From a virus (lineage: Duplodnaviria; Caudoviricetes), in IMG/VR virus record IMGVR_UViG_3300048578_000354, positions 1 to 31,057 of that record: a stretch of DNA of 31,057 bases, one strand, 5' to 3'. Shown here in pieces: positions 25,442 to 31,057 of this stretch. A model generated the notes under the pieces. It searched no databases and was not told the origin of the DNA. It saw only the letters and a list, made by a program, of their open reading frames with translations. Positions within the stretch are counted from its first letter, which is position 1. Each line of letters starts with the position of its first letter. A program made the translations under genes and the position numbers.

Positions 25442-26127
25442 CCCTCGCTGCAAATCTGGCGGCACTCGCCCGTCGTGTCGTTGGAATTTCCGCAAACAAT
25501 CTTGTCGCGCTCGACGGCTCGGCAAAGCTTCCCGCTGTTGATGGATCGCTGCTTACGGGCCTCGCGCTTGGCGGCATCAAGGGTGTCCGCCTGATCACGG
25601 CGTCTGGCAGCGTGACGCCGTCGGCGGGTGTGACCAAGTGGCTCTACTTCATCGTTGATGGTGGCTACAACGGGGGCGAGAGTGGGCAGGGCGCACAATA
25701 TAAGGCTGGCGGCGGTGGGTCGGGCGGCAAGGGTTCCATAGGGCTTGTCTCCGTAGATGCGGCTATTGCCTACAATGTGATCATCGGAGCCGGCAATGGC
25801 GGAGCAACCTCCGTTTTGGTCGGCGGCGTAACCAAGACGTCCACCAACGGGATCCTAAACGTTCCTGCTGCAAACCCGGACAGTCCGCCGATGGCCTTTA
25901 ATAGTTCGGCCGTCAGCTGGGCCATGTCGGGGTCTGGTGGGCCAGGACCATTCGGCTTTGGCAATGGTGGCTACGTGGCGGTTGCGGGTGGTGCCACCGG
26001 AGGTGCAAACGGCAATCCAGGTACGGGATATGGGGCCGGTGGTGGCGGAGGGGTGAGTGGTAGCCAGAATGGCAACTTAGCCGGAGGGGGCGGCTCGCCC
26101 GGCTGCCTCCTTATCTTGGAGTACTGA
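25438..26127 (+). CDS. Secondary fibre / receptor-binding protein 1, glycine-rich
   Basis: ATGA coupling. N-terminal LDGSAKLPAVDGS fibre motif followed by a Gly-rich domain. Confidence 0.7.
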   Translation: MTLAANLAALARRVVGISANNLVALDGSAKLPAVDGSLLTGLALGGIKGVRLITASGSVTPSAGVTKWLYFIVDGGYNGGESGQGAQYKAGGGGSGGKGSIGLVSVDAAIAYNVIIGAGNGGATSVLVGGVTKTSTNGILNVPAANPDSPPMAFNSSAVSWAMSGSGGPGPFGFGNGGYVAVAGGATGGANGNPGTGYGAGGGGGVSGSQNGNLAGGGGSPGCLLILEY

Positions 26128-26129
26128 CG

Positions 26130-26687
26130 ATGCGAACCGGATACATCATCGAAGCCGACGTTGTCGTCAACGCCATCATTCTGGCAAATGACGCTGACCC
26201 GGCTAACTTTGGGGCAGTTCTTGGCCTAGAAGGCGTTGGCATCGGCTGGGCGTTTGACGGCGAGACTTGGTCGCCGCCGGTCGGCCCTGCGCTCTCTCTC
26301 GCCGACCTCCGCGCCACCAAGCTCGCCGCCATCTCCGCCTCCGCCGACGCTCTCCTCGCCGCTGGTGCGCCCGTCTCAGGCGGCTTGCACATCGCCCTCG
26401 ACGATGGGAGCCGCGCCGACCTTACCGCAATGGCCTCGACAGCAACGGCCGCCTCCACCGGCGCCGTATCCTGGCCTGACACCTACTCGCGTGGCTGGAT
26501 CACTATCGAGAACGTGCGCATTCCGCTCTCAACGCCGGCCGATGGGCTGGCGCTGGCCGCCTCGGTGGGCGAGTGGTACGCGGCCGTGGTCCAGCATCGG
26601 CGCGATCTGAAGGACGCGGCGCTTTCGGCCGGGGATGCCGCCGCGCTCGACGCCATCGACATTGCCACCGGCTGGCCGGCGGCATAG
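26130..26687 (+). CDS. Tail-fibre assembly/chaperone-like protein 1 (DUF4376-like)
   Basis: LRATKLAAI...WITIENVRIPL...LKDAALSA..LDAIDIATGW. Position after the fibres. Confidence 0.7.
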   Translation: MRTGYIIEADVVVNAIILANDADPANFGAVLGLEGVGIGWAFDGETWSPPVGPALSLADLRATKLAAISASADALLAAGAPVSGGLHIALDDGSRADLTAMASTATAASTGAVSWPDTYSRGWITIENVRIPLSTPADGLALAASVGEWYAAVVQHRRDLKDAALSAGDAAALDAIDIATGWPAA

Positions 26688-26712
26688 GCGGGGCGTGGTG
26701 AAGCCGCTTTTT
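26307..26712 (+). repeat. Direct repeat of 29394-29799 (tail-unit duplication)
   Basis: Colinear at constant offset 3087, extending past the stop through GCGGGGCGTGGTGAAGCCGCTTTTT. Confidence 0.9.
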
Positions 26713-26770
26713 CCCGTGGCCGAACCTATCACGACGGCCGCGGCGCGATGAGACGCTTCGCTCCGCGACC

Positions 26771-26794
26771 AAACAAACGTCGCCAGGTTAGCGT
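26771..26794 (+). promoter_or_regulatory. Putative late-promoter motif, copy 6
   Basis: AAACAAAC-N10-TAGCGT upstream of tail fibre 2. Confidence 0.68.
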
Positions 26795-26875
26795 TCGTAC
26801 CAGCTCAGTTCTCCCTGCCGTCGCGTCGTTCGTGGACCACCAGCTTTCCGCGCGATGCCTTTTGCGAGGCCCTCC

Positions 26876-28708
26876 ATGACCATTGCGAGCGAAGCCAACC
26901 GCTCCGGCCCCTATGCCTGCAACGGCGCGACGACGCGCTTTCCCTTCGCCTTCAAGATCTACGACGAGGCGCATATCCGCGTCATCCTGACCGACCCGGC
27001 CGGCGTGGAAGCCGACCTGGACCTCGGGCCGGACTACACGGTGACGGGCGTCGGCGACGATGGCGGCGGGGCGATTGTCGTCACCACGGCGCCACCGGCC
27101 GGCCACCAGCTGACGCTGGTTCTCGACGTGCCCTTCACCCAGGCGACCGACCTCGAAAACCAGGGCGCCTATTTCGCCGAAACCATCGAGCGGTCGTTCG
27201 ACCTGCTGACGCAGCAGGCGCTGCAGCTGAAGGAACTGGTCGCCCGCTCCGTCGTCCTCCCCGTCACGTCGATGGTGTCGGTGACCGAGCTGGTCAACGC
27301 CACGCTCGCCTTGGCCAAGGTGCAGAGCCAGATGGTGTCGCTGGTCGGCATCGCCCCCGACATCGAAACCGTCGCCGGCATCACGGCGGAGGTCGTGGCC
27401 GCCCAAGGCAACGCCCAGACGGCAACGTCGGCCGCCGTTATCGCGACGACCAAGGCCGGCGAGGCGGCGGCAAGCGTGGTGGCAGCAGCCGGTGCCGCCG
27501 ATCGCGCCGAGGTTGCTGCAAGGACCGTCGAAGGGGTCGTCTCCTACGCCGTCGAGCAGGACCTGACGACCGAGGAGAAGGCGCAAGCACAAGCGAACCT
27601 TGGCCTTGAGGGGCTGCGCAACGCCTTGACGCCGTTCGGCTTCACGGCGACCACCGGCCAGACGGCATTCGACCTCGGCATGTCGCCCTTGCCGAGCGCC
27701 TGCATTTTCTCACTGAACGGCGCGTGGCTCACCGGCGGTGGCGTCGACTACACGGTTGCTGGATCGACGCTCACTCTGGCGACGCCAGCAGAAGCCGGCG
27801 ACCGCATCTCCGGCGTAGCGATTGCCCCGTTCACGGTGGCAAACGCAATGCTGTCCGCCGCCAACCTTGCCGACCTCGCTAACGTGGCGGTCGCACGGGG
27901 AAACCTAGGCATAACACCGCAGACAATGGCGGCGTGGGCTGGCGGCGCCAGAGGGCACATCTTCGGGCTGACCATATCGTATGTGGGGGCCACGACCTTT
28001 GCCGTCGCGCCGGGCGAGGCAGCCAGCGAGGGCGGTACGCGGTCGGCTATCATTCTGTCTGCGCCCATGAACAAAGGGCTAGGCGCATGGTCGACAGGTC
28101 CCGGTGGCGGTGCCCTTGATGCCGGGGCCATCGCCGCAAATACTTGGTATCACGTATATCTCATCAGCGCGGCGGATGAAAGCGCGGTTGATGTGTTGCT
28201 ATCTTTGTCGGCTACAGCTCCAACGCTGCCTAATGGTTACACGGCCTACAGACGTATAGGCTCGATCCGCACAAACGGTTCGTCTCAGATCACGCAGTTT
28301 GTGCAGATGGGGGATGACTTTTTTTGGAATACCCCTGTTAATGATATCGCCATCAATCCTATCCCCACAACCGCCACGCTTTACACGCTATCCGTTCCGT
28401 CCGGTGTGCGCGTGACTGCCCATCTAACTGGGCAGCAGCTCGCAATGATTACAAACCACATTGGTGTGCTGCTTTCGCCTCCTGACACGGCCGATGTAGC
28501 GCCGGGTGCTGCATCCAGCCCGCCGACCGGTCCGTTCAATGTTGGTGTAAACCCTTATAGTACTGGCAGCATTACGGGCTCGATGTTGTCGTTGCGTGTG
28601 CGCACAGACACATCGGGCCGCATCCGCGCCCGTGCAAGCGCCACCAACGCAAACTCACTCTACGTCTATACATACGGGTGGACAGATGATCGAGGAAGAT
28701 TGCAATGA
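26876..28708 (+). CDS. Tail fibre 2 (same anchor as fibre 1, different tip)
   Basis: First ~105 aa nearly identical to fibre 1. Tip has GALDAG...NTWYHVYLI...PTLPNGYTAYRRIGS, a common phage fibre domain. Confidence 0.87.
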   Translation: MTIASEANRSGPYACNGATTRFPFAFKIYDEAHIRVILTDPAGVEADLDLGPDYTVTGVGDDGGGAIVVTTAPPAGHQLTLVLDVPFTQATDLENQGAYFAETIERSFDLLTQQALQLKELVARSVVLPVTSMVSVTELVNATLALAKVQSQMVSLVGIAPDIETVAGITAEVVAAQGNAQTATSAAVIATTKAGEAAASVVAAAGAADRAEVAARTVEGVVSYAVEQDLTTEEKAQAQANLGLEGLRNALTPFGFTATTGQTAFDLGMSPLPSACIFSLNGAWLTGGGVDYTVAGSTLTLATPAEAGDRISGVAIAPFTVANAMLSAANLADLANVAVARGNLGITPQTMAAWAGGARGHIFGLTISYVGATTFAVAPGEAASEGGTRSAIILSAPMNKGLGAWSTGPGGGALDAGAIAANTWYHVYLISAADESAVDVLLSLSATAPTLPNGYTAYRRIGSIRTNGSSQITQFVQMGDDFFWNTPVNDIAINPIPTTATLYTLSVPSGVRVTAHLTGQQLAMITNHIGVLLSPPDTADVAPGAASSPPTGPFNVGVNPYSTGSITGSMLSLRVRTDTSGRIRARASATNANSLYVYTYGWTDDRGRLQ

Positions 28709-29292
28709 CCCTTGCCGCTAATCTTGCCACGCTCGCGCGTCGTCTCGTAGGCACCGCCGCAAACAATTTGCTCTCACTTGACGGTGCAGCTAAGTTGCCG
28801 GCTGTTGATGGGTCGCAGCTCGTCGGTGTCGGCAGAAAGCTTATCTCTACGACAAGCATAAGCTCAGCGGCGTCTGCCGACATTACGTTGCCATCTGGGT
28901 ATTCCAAATTCGAAGTCGAGTTGCTGGGACATACAGGCAACAACTACCTGATGGTGCAGGTACGAGTGGCAGGCGCCGGAGCCGTTCTTTCAGGAGCGAC
29001 CGACTATAAACAGATAGCGCAGCTCCGCGCTACGGGCGTTGTTAGCTACGACGGTAGCGCAGGCGTAAGCTCGTACCGCATCATCCACGTAGCGATCTCT
29101 TGGTTCGACGTGTTGATCGACATCGATAACGTATCCGGCGCGATCAAGTCGCAAGGTTGGGCTGCTGGTAACGAGCTCTCAGCAATGGGCCGCGTCCAAA
29201 CCGCCGGTCCTTACAATCTTCTTCGACTGACGCCCAGTACGGGTACCCTCACCTGCACGTGCAAGCTCTTTGGCATCAAGGATGCGTCATGA
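28705..29292 (+). CDS. Secondary fibre / receptor-binding protein 2
   Basis: First ~41 aa paralogous to 25438..26127, remainder unrelated and beta-rich. ATGA coupling at both ends. Confidence 0.7.
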   Translation: MTLAANLATLARRLVGTAANNLLSLDGAAKLPAVDGSQLVGVGRKLISTTSISSAASADITLPSGYSKFEVELLGHTGNNYLMVQVRVAGAGAVLSGATDYKQIAQLRATGVVSYDGSAGVSSYRIIHVAISWFDVLIDIDNVSGAIKSQGWAAGNELSAMGRVQTAGPYNLLRLTPSTGTLTCTCKLFGIKDAS

Positions 29293-29774
29293 GAAAGATC
29301 GTCATCGAAGCCGACGGATCATTTGTTGAGCGTGAAATGACGCCGGATGAGGTGTCAGGGCTCGATGCATTGAGAGGCGATGAGCTTCGACAACTCCGCG
29401 CCGCCAAGCTCGCCGCGATCTCGGCGACTGCCGACGCTCTGCTCGCCACCGGCGCTCCGGTTGCCGGCGGCTTGCACGTCGTCCTCGATGACAGGAGCAG
29501 CGCCGATCTGATGGTCATGGCCTCGACCGCAACGGCCGCCTCCACCGGCGCCGTGACGTGGCCGGAGAGTTATTCGCGTGGCTGGATCGCGATCGAGAAC
29601 ATGCGCATCCCGCTTGCCGCGCCGGCCGACGGGCTGGCGCTGGCGGCATCGGTGGGCGAGTGGTACGCGGCCGTGGTCCAGCATCGGCGCGATCTGAAGG
29701 ATGCGGCGCTGGCGGCTGGGGATTCCGCCGCGCTCGACGCCATCGACATCGCCGCCGGCTGGCCGGCGGCATAG
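29289..29774 (+). CDS. Tail-fibre assembly/chaperone-like protein 2 (DUF4376-like)
   Basis: ATG at 29289 overlaps the upstream stop. C-terminal ~125 aa nearly identical to 26130..26687. Confidence 0.72.
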   Translation: MRKIVIEADGSFVEREMTPDEVSGLDALRGDELRQLRAAKLAAISATADALLATGAPVAGGLHVVLDDRSSADLMVMASTATAASTGAVTWPESYSRGWIAIENMRIPLAAPADGLALAASVGEWYAAVVQHRRDLKDAALAAGDSAALDAIDIAAGWPAA

Positions 29775-29784
29775 GCGGGGCGTG

Positions 29785-30183
29785 GTGAAGCCGCTTTTTT
29801 CCGACGCCGATCCCGCCAACGAGGTGCTGGTGCGGCTTGGCGAGGTCAGCGCCAGTGTCCAGCACCTGTTGCGCGACTTCGGCGACGAGAAGATCGCCGC
29901 CCGCGACAATCGCGCCGCCATGCATCGCCGCCTCGACGAGCAGGCGCGCGAGCTGTCGGCGCTGAAGGCCGAGCTGACGCTCAGCCGGCGGGCGGTCGAG
30001 GACATGGCGCGGACGCAGAGCGAAACCGTGCTGCCGGCCGTCGGCGAGTGGCGCGACATGAAGACCACCGGGCTGCGCATCGTCGGCGTGCTGGCCATCG
30101 GCGGCGTCAGTATCGGCGCCACGCTGGCCTGGTTCTCCGATCAGGCGGTGTCGCTCTTGCGCCACTGGCTCCGGATCGGCTGA
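29785..30183 (+). CDS. Coiled-coil protein with a C-terminal TM segment (DUF1515-like, lysis-region gene)
   Basis: GTG at 29785 (or 29782). RAAMHRRLDE motif and C-terminal hydrophobic helix. Confidence 0.6.
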   Translation: MKPLFSDADPANEVLVRLGEVSASVQHLLRDFGDEKIAARDNRAAMHRRLDEQARELSALKAELTLSRRAVEDMARTQSETVLPAVGEWRDMKTTGLRIVGVLAIGGVSIGATLAWFSDQAVSLLRHWLRIG

Positions 30184-30187
30184 GCGC

Positions 30188-30215
30188 CACCCCGCAAACC
30201 CTTGCCGCCTAGTCT
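30188..30215 (+). promoter_or_regulatory. Putative late-promoter motif, copy 7
   Basis: CACCCCGCAAAC-N10-TAGTCT (10/12 match to CACCACGGAAAC), 31 bp before the holin ATG. Confidence 0.68.
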
Positions 30216-30246
30216 CCAGCCGTCGTTGCTCGCTGGAGTGTGCGCC

Positions 30247-30480
30247 ATGAAGCGACCGAGGCTCGTGCCCAACGCCGGAAAGGTGCTCCGGCGGTCCTGG
30301 ACCTCCCGCATCCTGATCGCCGGAGGCCTTCTCACCGCCGCCGAGGCGGTGCTGCCCTATCTGTCCGGCGGCGAGCTGATCCCGCCGGCCGTCTTTCCCT
30401 TCGTGGCCTTCGGCGTGGTGTTCGCCGCCTTCGTCGCCCGCCACGTGCTGCAGGAGGCCTTGCACGATGGCGACGATTAA
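30247..30480 (+). CDS. Putative holin (2 TM)
   Basis: ATG at 30247 with GGAG. 77 aa, two hydrophobic segments, overlaps the lysozyme start. Confidence 0.65.
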   Translation: MKRPRLVPNAGKVLRRSWTSRILIAGGLLTAAEAVLPYLSGGELIPPAVFPFVAFGVVFAAFVARHVLQEALHDGDD

Positions 30481-31057
30481 GCTCGCGCCGACCAGACGCG
30501 CTCGCGCGGCCATCGCCGCCGTGCTGCTGTCGGCCGGCGCCGGTGGCACGCTGGCGCTGATGCCGGGCGCCGCTCCCGTCCCCGACGACGTGGCTCTGGC
30601 GGTGACTGTGCTGGTCAAGCCCTGGGAGGGCCGCTCGCTCCGCGCCTATCTCGACACGGTGGCCAAGCCGCCGGTGTGGACCATCTGCGATGGCGACACC
30701 AAGGGCGTCAGGCCCGGCATGGTGGAAACCGCCGCCGGCTGCGACCGGCGCCTTGCCAGCCGCATCGTCCGCGACTACCGGTCGAAACTCGTCGCCTGCG
30801 TGCCCAACTGGCCGGCCGCCCCGCTGTCGTGGCGGGCGATGATGACCTCGCTCGCCTGGAACATCGGCGTGGACGCCGCCTGCCGGTCGACGGCGGCGCG
30901 GCTCGGCCGGGCCGGCCGCTGGCTGGAGAGCTGCACGGCCGCTACCGCGTTCAACCGGGCTGGCGGACGCATGGTGGTCGGCCTCGCCAACAGGCGCGGC
31001 ATGGGCGACGCCTCGCGTATCGGCGAGGGCGAACTCTGCGCCTCGGGGCTCGAGTGA
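30467..31057 (+). CDS. GH24 phage lysozyme with a SAR-like N-terminal anchor
   Basis: WEG..AYLD...VWTICDGDT catalytic region, SLAWNIG, GLANRR. Ala/Gly-rich N-terminal hydrophobic stretch. Confidence 0.9.
   Translation: MATIKLAPTRRARAAIAAVLLSAGAGGTLALMPGAAPVPDDVALAVTVLVKPWEGRSLRAYLDTVAKPPVWTICDGDTKGVRPGMVETAAGCDRRLASRIVRDYRSKLVACVPNWPAAPLSWRAMMTSLAWNIGVDAACRSTAARLGRAGRWLESCTAATAFNRAGGRMVVGLANRRGMGDASRIGEGELCASGLE

Noticed and set aside
23936-29774. Invertase-driven tail-fibre switch (shufflon or Gin/Cin type)
   Set aside because: All units are in direct orientation, with no inverted crossover sites or recombinase seen.
1-31057. tRNA, rRNA, integrase, transposase or att site
   Set aside because: None recognisable by eye in this window.

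Overview
A high-GC window, probably from an alphaproteobacterium (Hyphomicrobiales-like; inferred from the repeat family, the GTTC-N7-GTTC boxes and gene style). It carries the distal half of a podovirus-type virion module on the + strand: tail adaptor, nozzle, GNAT-like protein, four internal/ejection-type proteins, two tandem tail-fibre units, and a DUF1515-like gene, holin and SAR lysozyme. The module is fragmented. About 8 kb of non-virion cargo (lipoprotein, HNH nuclease, hipBA, TetR, aas) sits between two ejection genes and is punctuated by three REP-like palindromes. Small convergent envelope-protein genes follow three ejection genes. Every downstream virion segment is preceded by the same motif, AAAC-N10/11-TAGnnT (7 copies, one degenerate). 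Two ejection proteins appear to carry catalytically decayed peptidase domains. One membrane gene has two LexA-type boxes. The overall picture fits a domesticated, multi-promoter podovirus-derived particle system (GTA-like or bacteriocin-like) with candidate cognate exclusion/immunity genes and four variable receptor-binding tips. Function is inferred only. All family calls come from motif recognition by eye, not from database searches.
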